This document shows, piece after piece, positions 52,401 to 64,000 of a stretch of 64,000 bases of DNA. The DNA lies in the NCBI GenBank assembly GCA_964106915.2, contig OZ066918.1; one strand, written 5' to 3'. The notes below the pieces were generated by a model. That model worked only from the letters and a program-made list of their open reading frames with translations. It did no database searches and was not told the DNA's origin. Every line of letters begins with the position of its first letter. The stretch's first letter is position 1. The stretch is from Podarcis gaigeae (Eukaryota). Both the position numbers and the translations under genes were made by a program.

Positions 52401-54871
52401 GAGCCTCAGAGCACCCTGAAAAAAATACGGTAATATCCGCTATATTCCTGTTCTTGATTATGCAACACTGCAAAGAAACGTAACACAAACTGTTTGGGGG
52501 ATATTTTACTACCATTGCCAGAATGTAGGTGTATCTCATAGTAGCAAAATGCCTTGTTTAGTGGTGTCAGAAGAAAAGAGCCACTTAACCCACTTTCTTC
52601 AATCAAGTTCTCTTTTAAAAAATGCAAGGGACTTTCCACTGACTGGCTGAGACAAAAAAAGCACCCTACTGACAAAGATCGAAGATTTCTTGGGTTTCTT
52701 AAAAATGTCCCATGCTCTTTGGGGGGGGGCGTGTTTTCAGAATGAAAATATTGTACAGGTTTTGTACATTTGTTTCCCTTGTTCATTTGTTTCCTTTTCT
52801 TTATCTGAAAAGTTTTACCCCAACATTTCCCATTGGCTGGGACAAAAAAAGGACCCGGTGGCAAAAAATCAGTAAGATTTCTTCGTAATTTTGTTTATGT
52901 TTGAGGTGATTTTTTGCTTCTAGGAAATGGTAGATGGCTGAAATTTGGGACACTGTTTACTTCTTTGTAGGTGACAATGCTCTAGAAGAACTTATTTTAT
53001 AGCTCTACTTCTGTGTAAATTCTGCAAGGAAGAGTGCACCGGGGCTAGGATTCTGTGCCAGGACATTAGTTAAGGAGACAGGATAAGTTGGAAAAGGCAA
53101 ACCAGGACAACCTCTAACCCAGTGGATTAGTCTGCGTAATCCAGAACGTACTGTAAATCAAGCAGAAAGCAGATGCATGACAGGAAGATTCCTACAGCAC
53201 AGATAGCTTCATATGAATTGAGTGAGTACACAGGCCCAAATACATGGAAAAGCAAGCCTCCATGTCCCCAAAATCCAGACTTATGAAGCAATGAAATCTA
53301 GTGGAAATCTCTTCTTGATCCAAGATATGAAAATCAGCCAGGACTCTTTGCAAGTAAATTTTATCGATTGAGTCTTCCATGGAAAACAATTGTAGCCGGG
53401 CACCATTCCATGCCATGCAACCAACCTCCTATTTCAAACTGTAGCAGTATCTTATGCCCCAAAGAAAGATGCCTCCTTCAGAAACATATCCAACTCCAAC
53501 TTGAACTCAGTGAGGTTCTTCATTCTCTTGCTTCTGTAAGACTCTTAAAAGTTCTTGTTTTTTTATTTCTAGCATGGTTTTCATAAGTAGTCAGTTTGTA
53601 GCTATTATTTATTGTACATGTAGATTTCTTTATCGTTATTTCCTCCTCTATGGTGGTAGATTTAGTATGTCTCTGTACCTCCTATTTCCTAAGCTAAGTT
53701 TTTCCCCTCCTAAGAATGAATAAAGCCAAGAGAATGAAAGCAGTGCAGTTGTTGGGTGACTACGCTACATAGAAGTAGCCATTGACTGCCGCATCCAAGT
53801 AGAATCATATACATTTACACAGACCCATGGGAGTATTTATTCAGTCAAGATTTCCCCACTCCCAAAGTTCACCAACAGATTAATAGTTTTAAACAGCAGA
53901 AGAAAATCCAACCCTTCTTGCTGGATTTCTCATTTTTGTTATGACAATACGTAAACGTTATTTTGCAAACAATACGTGACATGTGATACACTGGGGGGAA
54001 AGGGCAGAAACTTGGTTGGACAATGAAAAGCAAACGATTAAAACTGTCGTCAGAATCCACTGCAAGTGATAAATAAATAAGTAGGCTGGTTTACTGTTTG
54101 AAGACTGTAATGAAGTATGGAAACACAACAAATGAGAACAATCCTACCAACATCTCATATTGGAAAACAAAATTATATCTCATATGCACTGTCACAACTT
54201 CTGTGCAAAGGCGCAGTTTCAATATAAACCTACTCTGCTATTTTCCTGTTTTGAAACTGAGTTATGGGCCCCCTTGCACAAATATTTTAGATAAAAAGCA
54301 CTTTATCACTCAACATAAAAAGGTTTGAAGAGAAATAATAACCCAAAAGAATAAAGAGGTTTTGTATGAACCCTATTATGCACCATCTAGTCACAGTTAA
54401 GCCCTGTCTGTCCCCATCAACTTTGATGAAAATAAGTTAGGCGTTTGCTTAACTCTTTCACTGAAATCAATGAGTCTGAAATTATTGTAGCATCATGCCC
54501 ATGACAGCACCCATATAGGTTCCCTTCGCTGAATCATATAAAAGCATGCAGATGCTATATGTTTTTGTCCCACATCCTAAAGTTTTTCATTCTCTGCATT
54601 AACCTGCTTGGAACGCTGCAATACTGCACCCTCGTCTCCTATGCATTCCAGTCCATTATCCTACAGCATACTGTACTAAATGGATTTACAATGAAGCAGC
54701 CTTTTCAAGCCTCCAGCTGTGCTGTAAACCAAATACAGTTTTACACGCAGAGCGCAAAATCCCACTATCGGAGGAATCTTAAAAAGATGAAACCCTGATC
54801 CATTTTCTCAAATGAATGTTTCCTCTGAAAGCCCTGTAAACTGCCTTGCCTTCATGTCAACGCCACAAACT

Positions 54872-54873
<2 letters not shown>

Positions 54874-54912
<39 letters not shown>
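54874..54912. repeat. (CT)n microsatellite about 350 bp into the intron after the first coding exon
   Basis: Direct. Confidence 0.97.
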
Positions 54913-54917
<5 letters not shown>

Positions 54918-55260
54918 TACAGGGTATCAGAGCAGGAAGCAGTGCTCTGCAGACAAATATTTGTCCGAAGCAATAAAACAAAAGCCACATATGGAATTAG
55001 ATCAGATAAAACACACACAGAGAGAGCCGTCTAAGGATTCTGCATTTAAAAAGAACATCTCTGGCAAGAAGATTTCTCTTTAAAGGAAAAGGCACCAAGT
55101 GAGAATCAGTTAGGAGAGACCACAGCTTCTTTGCTGTAGCTCGCTTACCTTTCTGAGCCATATTGTCCCCTGCTGCGGAAGGGTTAGGCAAAGGGCATGA
55201 AATCTACCCAACATTAAGAATTTGCTGTCTAAACATCAGTGCTGCTGGCCAGCTCCTTAC

Positions 55261-55294
55261 CGTATAGTGTGCTTCTGGTTAGCTGTCCCCCCAT
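55261..55294 (-). CDS. NEURL1: NEURL1 first coding exon (internal/alternative 'MGGQ' N-terminus): MGGQLTRSTLY + G of Asp codon
   Basis: Minus strand reads acgATG GGG GGA CAG CTA ACC AGA AGC ACA CTA TAC G|gtaagg. It has a strong Kozak context (A at -3, G at +4) and a canonical donor. The phase-1 end joins exon 32219-32460 as G|AC = Asp, giving [19 protein letters not shown], which resembles the MGGQITR... N-terminus I recall for vertebrate neuralized-1 isoforms. Confidence 0.9.
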
Positions 55295-55620
55295 CGTACT
55301 GCGCAAGGTGGCTTGGCTACCTTGCAGTTTCTCCTCTCACTGGGCAGAGATGCAAAACTCTAAGTGTGCGATCATTGTCAGCACGCAGGACACAGGCACA
55401 CTCCGACACAGAGGGATTTAATGACTCTCACATAAATAACACACTCATGAACACACAACAGAAGCCTGCAATCAGCCTCCACCCACTTTCCAACCCTCAC
55501 AGGCTCAGCAATAAGCAGAGGCATATGTCATGATTATTTACATAAGGAGGAGACTTGTGATTCCAAAATAGCTAGAGAAAACTCAAAGCATTTTACAGAC
55601 ACATACAGTATCGCAGCCCT
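55295..55620 (-). promoter_or_regulatory. Putative 5'UTR/proximal promoter of the internal NEURL1 first exon
   Basis: Immediately upstream of the ATG, no recognisable repeats, several CpGs, and a perfect D-box TTATGTAA at 55538-55545. The TSS cannot be placed from sequence. Confidence 0.5.
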
Positions 55621-58600
55621 AAAGAAACTCAAGGGCACCTAAACATGCCCTGTCTGTCAGCCTTTATTCTGGTTTCTCTAATCTGGGATCGCAACTCTGA
55701 TAAATCGTTAGGAAAAATATAGTTGATTTCTTGGCTGTTGAAAGCAGTGGCTGCATGCCTGTGTCTAAACCCCAAGGTAGCCTTGCTTGCAAGCAAAACA
55801 AAGCCTTTGTCTCTGTGAATTTCACTGCAAACACAAAACAGATTTATTTAGAAATCTTAAGTCCAGCTGTCAATGAAGCTTGCTTTTCACCTCCATCATT
55901 ATGCAATTTAAATATAAAAATGAAGTTTTTGAAAAGGAGAAATACTTCCATTCAGCACATCGCTCCTACATATATCTGTGGGTATGGCAGGCAGAAACCC
56001 AAACTGAAATAGGTGCATTACCAGAAAACATTGGCCCAGATTCCTCTGCTGGTTAATTATTAATTATTTAAGAGAAAGGGAGAAGTGTCTGAAATGCAGA
56101 ATGCCCACCCTGGACTGTAATAGCAAAAATATTTTCCTCCACCCCCCTCAGACTAGCTTTTGTGGCATGACTGCAGGCTCAGCTCAGACACAATGCAGCC
56201 TGCTCTTCAGTCCATTACCTCCACTGATTGACTGCAGTGAGCGTTATTAAACGCACTGAGTTGTGGAGGCAGGCTGGTGTGGGCAGGGTGTGGGGCAGGG
56301 TTCAAAGGCATGAACCCCCATTCTGCCCCTCAATGCTTTGGTGTAATAATGTTATCCTTCCCCACCTCTATTAACAAAATAAGCACCTAGCTCTACCAGA
56401 ACATAAAATCAAACTAACTTTACACTGACGTTTCAAGTTTCAAGTTCCAGAACAAGCACAGTGTTATGCAAACCACGGTTTGCCACCTACACTCTAGCTA
56501 AGAACCGAACCATGGTTATGCAGACAGTGCAAGTAACAACCAGTTTCTTTACAGGTACATAAGATAGTGCAGGCAGAGAAGAGTTAGATTAAACAATATG
56601 AGGGAGAACACATATAACAGGTGCAATCTGAAGAGTCGGGTAAGGAAGCAGGAAGCAGAATGCCTTGACTGAAGGAGATAGAGTTCTCCCAGGAAAAATG
56701 TGGAATGCCTATGCATCAGCCAATGAATTATGTGTAAGCAAGAAGAAATTGCTTGGTTAAGCCACAACAATAATGAATGAGGCACTCCTATAAATGCCAA
56801 CTCTAAAATAAGTCCTATTGAGTTCAATGGAGCTTAGTGAAAGATAAATGGGTAGGGGCTCGCAGCCTAAATTCCTTTACACATATACTTTTGGCATTGT
56901 GCAGTCTTGGTTGATCCTGATCTCTGCTTGTGTAAGAATGATATTTTCTAACAAGAACCAAATTGCTATTGTAGTAGTTCCCTCACCTATCTTGACCCAA
57001 CCTTGAAAGCACCTTACCAAATGACCTCTGTATTTCTGGATGGCAATCTAACAGCCAACAATTTGGAAATCACTAAGGTAGGATGGAATCCTTAGCTATG
57101 GAAAATCTTGAGAAGGTGATACTAGGTCATCTTCAATTGCCTTCTGGTCATGCAATTATTTGATAAAGTCAGTGGCAGCTGAGACAGTTCCTTAGCCTGA
57201 GTTGAAGATATCTTCTGTGTTGTAGAATAAAATGAGTTTGAAATATGAGCAGGTTACATCATTTTCTGCACAAGCTTTTCAATTCATGCAGGGTTGCTAC
57301 AAATCATATTTTTTAAGGGAAACCGAAAACCTCCTTAGAATATGCAGAATACTCTTTACTCCAGGATTTTTAAAAAAATCATTGACAATTGACCAGCTGC
57401 TGCTGCTGCTGTTGATGATGATGATAGTGATATTTCCAAGAAAAAAAGATCCTATAACCTTCCTGGGCAACTTGTTTGAGTTTTTAACTGCTTCCCTAAT
57501 CTTGATCTTAAATCTATTTCTATGCACCTAAAAATGAAGTTTCTTGTCCTATGACAATCATCTACACTACTGGTCACAGATTCTCCCACCATCTGGGAAG
57601 GCTTGCATTCCAAATGGAGGTTCTCTATCCCTACCACATACCGTTCCCTATAAAACACTGCGGGAATAAGGCAGGGTGCTAACGTTAAGAAGTTGCAATA
57701 GTTCCTAGTGTTAAAAGCCCTGCGATAGCCTTACTCTTCATGAACCAGTAATAGATATATGTCCTGAAACTCTCTCCCTTCTGCAGTTTGCATTTTTACA
57801 GCAGTTTCTTGGCAGTCAGAGTGCCTGCTTAATTCTGCTGCTGCATTTCTAGCAATACTGCAAGAGCAGTGCTGTAGCTGCATTGCTGAAGCTGCAGACT
57901 CAGCAGCAAATTTCAGTACAAAGGCATGCACAGGGAGAACCTAGGTAATCTATTAAAAAAAAAACACCTCCCTTTCTTTGAACACACAATTAAATTGCCT
58001 ATTGTTTATGATTAAAAAAGTGAAATAATTAAGTATGTTTTGGTGGACTTTTGCTTGTACAGAAGCACTAGATTACCACACTGCAGTAGTTTATTAAAAG
58101 GCATTTTATAAGCAATAACCAAACCTTTATGTACATCACAGAATTTCTGCATGATTGATGACTAGCAGCTGAATGAGTGGGCACACTGCACTGAAGCAGC
58201 ATTGCATGTGAGATAGGCATTAAAATTATATTTCTGACAATACACAAGATTGTGTTGGGTGGCCACTGCTCTACTTTACAGAGAAGTTAGAGCAAGGGGA
58301 GGGCTGGCAGTCCTCCATTTGAAGGAGTCCTCTATTTTGAAGGGCTGTCTAGTCCACACTGGTTTAAAGATAAAGAACTATGACAAGTGAGAAGTTTCCT
58401 GTCAACAGTTTGCACCTGGGCAGCAGACCCCTTGTCAGTCTTAATCACTATGGTGCAATATATTTTATTTCCACTTAAATTACAGTAATCATGTTTTCAA
58501 TCTATACATATAAATCAGCATATACACATTGCATGCAGTTCTATTTCCCTTTCACTCTTTTTTAAAATAAATGAGTGGGCCCCCTCCCTCACCTTGCTGG

Positions 58601-59587
58601 TAGTGAGAAAGACAAAAGCTGGGGTGGAGCGTCCCTGAGATGGAATGGAAGCCGGCAGAAGCCAGAGAGTATGCTGATACTCTCTGGCTTCTGCCAGCTT
58701 CCATTCCATGCTTGATTTCTGCTTAAAACCAAGGCTGTGATTACAGGAGAAGAAAAGAAGTCTTGGTGTGTTAATGCTGTGAGCCCTGCCATCGTAGGCT
58801 CGGTTTGTATATATGTGTGTAAATAAACCAAATATCGTAATGACAACACAGTCTCTGCTGTTTCTCATTACAAGAAAGTCAAACTCTGGGAAAGCACCTC
58901 AAACCCCTGGAATCTCACACTGCTTGGAGGTTGGGTGGCATGCCATTCACAATGCAATGTTTCGCCGCCTCCTCACAGACACACTCACAAACACAACCAT
59001 TCTCTTTTTCCTTGTTCACATCTAACTTTTCCAAGCTCTTAATTAAAGTAATTAAAGCAATTATCCAATAGATGCAATTTAATAATTTGCTTCAAGGTTA
59101 GCTTTTAACATCCAGAGTAATTAGCAACCTGACTTTGCTCCTTCCTCACTTATTAATGGGTTTATTTTCTCTCCAATGCTACTAGTGTAATTATTTTTAA
59201 AGGTGCCACCTTTGGCTGTAATTGTCTCACTTTTTTGTAACTTGTTGTCTCCCCTGCTCTTTGAACTGGTCCCATTACGCCATTCACTGGGTTTTCCTTC
59301 AGGCTTCTGTTCTTTGAGAAGCCCCTCGTGAAAGCACGAGGAACAACTAGCAATATTATGTCAGCTATTAAAGTCACAGAGGGCTTGTTAAGCACATATG
59401 CCTTCAGGCTCACAGAATTCAGCTTCAGCACTTAGGATACCTAGGGTGATGTCCAACTAAGCCATATTCAGAGCAGACCCATTAAAACCATGCCCATTAA
59501 TTTCATGGCTAATATTGGACATCACCCCTAACTATACAGTGATAACTGGTTTTCCCCCTTAGAAAATAAATATATATCTATTTATGA

Positions 59588-59780
59588 ACTTTCTGACAGT
59601 AAGAGCTGTTTGACAGTGGAACAGACTCCCTTGTGAGGTTGTGGGCTCTCCTTTCCTTGGAGGTTTTTAAGCAGAGGTTGGATGGCCATCTGACATGAAT
59701 ACTTTAGTTGAGATTCCTGCACTGCAGAGGATTGGACTAGATAACCCCCAGGGTCCCTTCCAACTCTGTGATTCTATTAT

Positions 59781-59783
<3 letters not shown>
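59588..59783 (+). mobile_element. CR1 3' end (short related tails near 7735-7761, 30968-31028 and 61060-61126)
   Basis: CAGTGGAACAGACTCCC...GAGGTTTTTAAGCAGAGGTTGGATGGCCATCTG...GTCCCTTCCAACTCTGTGATTCT. Confidence 0.85.

Positions 59784-59836
<53 letters not shown>
59784..59836. repeat. (CT)n microsatellite at the CR1 tail
   Basis: Direct. Confidence 0.97.
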
Positions 59837-59843
<7 letters not shown>

Positions 59844-59946
59844 CCCTATTAGTCTATTGTTATTCTAACTTTTTGAGTTTTCAATAATTGTTAATTTTTC
59901 AATTGATAATTTTAGTGTTATATCTTTTTTTGTAAACTGCTTTGAG

Positions 59947-59983
59947 GTTTGTTTGTTTGTTTGTTTGTTTGTTTGTTTGTTTG
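59947..59983. repeat. (GTTT)n microsatellite
   Basis: Direct, about 9 units. Confidence 0.95.
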
Positions 59984-62900
59984 ACAATCAAGAGGTGCAT
60001 ACATTTTATGAAATAAATAATTCAGAGATTTTAGTTAGGTACTTCCTGGCTCACATCCAATTCTCTCAGCCATGACACCACACTAAGCCATTTTGTGTGC
60101 TCGTTTCTTTCAAGCAAAACTGATGTGATTCTTGCACAAAAGGTTCCGATTTCAAGTTTTGTTTAAAGCTTCATCAGATTTATACTTGGCCAAGATTTAT
60201 TCAAGATTTACACAAGCTTTATAAGATTTATACTTGGCCAAACCCAGAAACCCCCTTTTTCCTCCATCTGCCAGCTTAACCCCAGCTTCCTCTCTGCATC
60301 TTTGCACAACCTAAGACAACAAGATAACATAGAAGAGCATATGAGCTGGAGACGATGCTGTGGTGTTTCACCAAAAGATAACAGCAGGATATCCTGGTCA
60401 TTAGAGGGCCCATTTCAGAAGGGTAAATATTTGGGAATGTGTAGGCAACATAAATTATTGCCTGCCCCCATTATTCCATCTTTGTTTTGTTAGCAATTAA
60501 GGGAATCCATTCCTTGCTTGGTCACACCTGTCTGCGGATGCGAGATGAAAAGTAGTCACATACAGGCCCAGTGGCTGCCCAACTCCTACTGCTTCCCTAA
60601 GAAGGACTTCATTTCTTCCTAAGTAGTCTCATCTTTACTCTCATTCAGACATGTGGAGGCTCCTCCGAACAGTGAATGGAATCACACATGGTTGGAGGAA
60701 GTAGCATCATGTCGGCAGACTCCTTCACCAATCCTCCACAACCCTCAGCAAGTTCATTTTTCAAGCCTGAACGTCTGCATGAGGCTCTTAGGTACATACT
60801 GTTAATGCTTCCTGGAGCATTACCTGCAGTTTCTGAACTAGACCAAATCAGCTCAAGTCATACCAGAGTTCTCAGTTGGGTCCACAGCTAATGGCCTTCC
60901 TTTGACCTCCATTTTGTCTGCTCAGAGGAGCAAAGTATCCCCGAAAAGCATAGTGAATATATAATTAGGGCTAATCATTGCTGATAACCTCTTGCTAAGG
61001 GGCTACTGTGGGAGAGATGCACCACCTTCAAGCCCTGCTTGTATGCTTCCCGGGGTCATCAGGTTGGCCACTAAACTAGACAGATATTTGGTCTGATCCA
61101 ACAAGCCTCTTCTTATGTTCTTATGATTGCTTGGACAGTGGGAATCAGAAGGATGAAAACGGTATGCCCAGCCATAGCTAAATGATGAAATTTGGTCACA
61201 TATAAGTGTCTTTCACACAATTCTTCTACCGCAGAATGAACAAGCTAAAGGGGAGCAGGATGAGGGCAGCAAGCCCCACCCCCTACCATGCATGTATGTG
61301 TCTGCACATCTGCAACAGGCCTACATGCATACAAACTGTATGTACCTAAACTTGTGTGCTTGACTGAGAATACTGCAAAAGTACATATGAACCAGCAGAG
61401 GTGGGATCTGCTGCTGCAAACCTGTTCCCCATCAAGCGCGTTCATCGTACTTGCCCACTGTACATGTCAATCATGCAGCAGAGTTAGAGATAGCATGACC
61501 GTGTGGCAGGGTACTGCCATCTTCAACCAGGGCAACTGAAAGGTTATGGGATGATGAGAAAATATATTGAGAAGATGTCCATGCAATAAGGGAATGAAGA
61601 AGATGTATTGGAGAATTGGAAAGGAAGGCTTTAAAGGATAGAGTTGTCAGCTAATGCCATCCATTTTTCTGGAGGTAATGCATTAGGAAAATCTGAGCAA
61701 TTGCTGTTGGAAGCTGAGCTTAACAGGTATCAATTAACAGGGACAATGGGGTGAGTTAAGGATAGAAAATCTTTGCTAGCAATTATCTTTGTTGTATTTG
61801 TACTTGGTAAAAACCTGGTGTCAGTTTCATTTGGTTTTGCAGTGCAAATGACATGTGTCTCAGCTGCAAATATTTGTTTGCATATATGATAATAAGGGCA
61901 TCAGCTGTCTACATTTTATTTTTTAATCTACCCTTTTATCACCATTGTGTGATCTGGTTAATGGAAAAGTACATTGTTTCTAGTACAGTGGAATATTCAC
62001 TTCGTATCAGAGCAAAGAGAGTTGGAGACCAACTGGCAGTGCAAATACCTGATTCCAGGATTTACCCATTGATAACCTTTTTTAAGGTTCTTAAAACTGT
62101 CGTGTGGACAATTCAACATCCTAATTCATCTATTCTACTTTAAAACCAAACACAGAGTAAAATGAAATCAGCAGCTTCAGCAACCTGACACAATCTGGGA
62201 TTAGTTTTGCCAAATGGTCACTTCACAGGGAGCAGCAACAGGGAGCATGGCACCATTGCAAGTATACCATCTTGATACACATGGGTTTTTTTACAAACAC
62301 ATGCTTCCTACTCTCATAAGCCTAAAAAGCAGTGTGTAAAGTGACTGTAGGCACACAGGACAGAAAATCAGACCTATTATCCCGCTTACTTCTCCAAGGC
62401 TCCTGCTGACCTGTTGAAACTGTTCTTAAAAGAGAAATATATGTGTGATTGTTTCATCACGCTCTCACCAAATACTGGAAGTCCTACCCTTAACATTGCT
62501 TTATTTTATCCATTACTGGGGTACCATCTGCATAGCTGATAAAAGAGGAAAGAAGAATGAAGTAAACCAGTGTTGAGATAAGCAGTTAAAAGGATTTCTA
62601 TGGCAAGAGAGCTGAACAAGCCTTCATCTAATTGCATGCAAGCTTACTTCGTCAGATTGCCATAACTGTTAAGGTCTGCAGTGAACCTATTTTAAAGCCC
62701 TGAACATTCAAGGTCACCCAGCAAGTATGTATGGTTATCAAGAAAGGAAATTAACATAGGAAAAGAACAAAAAAAGGGCCCCTTGCTCTTGGAACATCAC
62801 CACATTATTTGAAAACCAATATTTTTCATAAAACTTCATTGCAGGACAATACAAGAATTCCAGGTAGAATATGAAACCAACTCTATGTTTAAAGCAACTA

Positions 62901-64000
62901 CCCAGACAACAACAAAAAACACTGTGACAAGTCATTCTCTGTCCTATGAGCCTTCCCAAGACAATCTACTGTTTGAACATTTTTATATTAACTTGCACAA
63001 AACAAATATGAATTAGTGAAAAATGGCTCCCCATTGCTCATCATGTTTTACAAGAGGGAAAACATAGAAAAGGATGTTTTTTCCTGTTAATGGGTAAACC
63101 CAGTATGAATAAACCTGCAGTCTCCACTAGAGGCAACAGAGAGAGGGGTCAAACTCACTGAAGAAAGACTATCACAACCAAGGGACTTGATAAAGCTTCT
63201 ACTGGAAAGGTACATTTGATCTACTCTGTACCCAAGTCCACCCTGAGTCTTTATGTTCTGCCTTTCACGCTAAATGCAACAAGCCAAATGTCTTCTAATC
63301 AAACATGTTGTTTTCTAATCAAACAACAGCAATGTGTGGTATAAACGTTAACAGATTGGAAGAAACTTCTTTTTGCTGGCCTGACTTGTCCCAATCCTGC
63401 TGGCTCCTCATACCGACATATGCAAGACTGACATAGAACTTGGACTAAATTTGTTCCACCAGAAAATCCTTAGAATAGACCAAATTTGCCAGAATAACAA
63501 TATAAAAACATGGGACCCAATGGAGCTGAAGGATCTGTTTCTGTGGAATTTTGAGATGTAAAAGAGTTCTGGGGGGAAAGGGGAACATCCATTGTGCAAA
63601 TGCTCAAGAGTACAGAATGTCTTTCATGAAATGTTAGCGTCAAAGAGCCATATGCCACGTTTGCCAACAAGGTCTGAAGAGGCATTTTTGCTTGAACATG
63701 CTGACCCCACCCCTGCTGCCTCCGATTAGAAACCCTGATAAAGCAGGGTTCTTGATCACGGGAAGGCGTAAAGTGTATTCATGTGAACATGCTTACAAGC
63801 CCTCTTCATACCTTGCCAGTGAATGCTGCAAGATTATGCATGGAAGCAGCAGAGTCAGTGCACACAGCCCCACTGCTCCAACATGAGTACAATTTCCAAA
63901 TAAGGCTATGGTGAGGTCCTTTTAAGAATAATAATACATTTATATCTTGGCCTTTCCTCCCCAAGGAGCTCAGAGAGGCAAACAAATACACAATTTTAAA

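Overview
This is vertebrate genomic DNA from a squamate, most likely a lacertid lizard, judging by the Sauria/POM-type SINEs, BovB, lizard L1 and small DNA-transposon MITEs. The window lies within one minus-strand gene, NEURL1 (neuralized E3 ubiquitin ligase 1). Four coding exons splice in frame: a 34-nt first coding exon MGGQLTRSTLY at 55261-55294, then 32219-32460, 29384-29705 and 3770-4450. The ORF track misses the first exon and shows the 32219-32460 exon only in the wrong frame. Together they give about 426 codons covering both NHR domains. The exons for the C-terminal RING were not found and should lie left of position 1. The rest is intron, packed with retroelements (three TSD-flanked L1 3' ends, four Sauria SINEs, BovB, CR1, L2) and non-autonomous DNA transposons, plus one 200-N assembly gap. 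I cannot support a wholly new biological system. The best leads are: a young hAT element that appears to carry a captured GC/CpG-rich cargo and is nested in a Harbinger-type MITE; the internal, myristoylation-type alternative first exon and its promoter; a Pro-to-Ala change in the conserved NHR1 FSNRP motif; and inverted SINEs bracketing frame-preserving exon blocks. Family names come from pattern recognition, not database searches.
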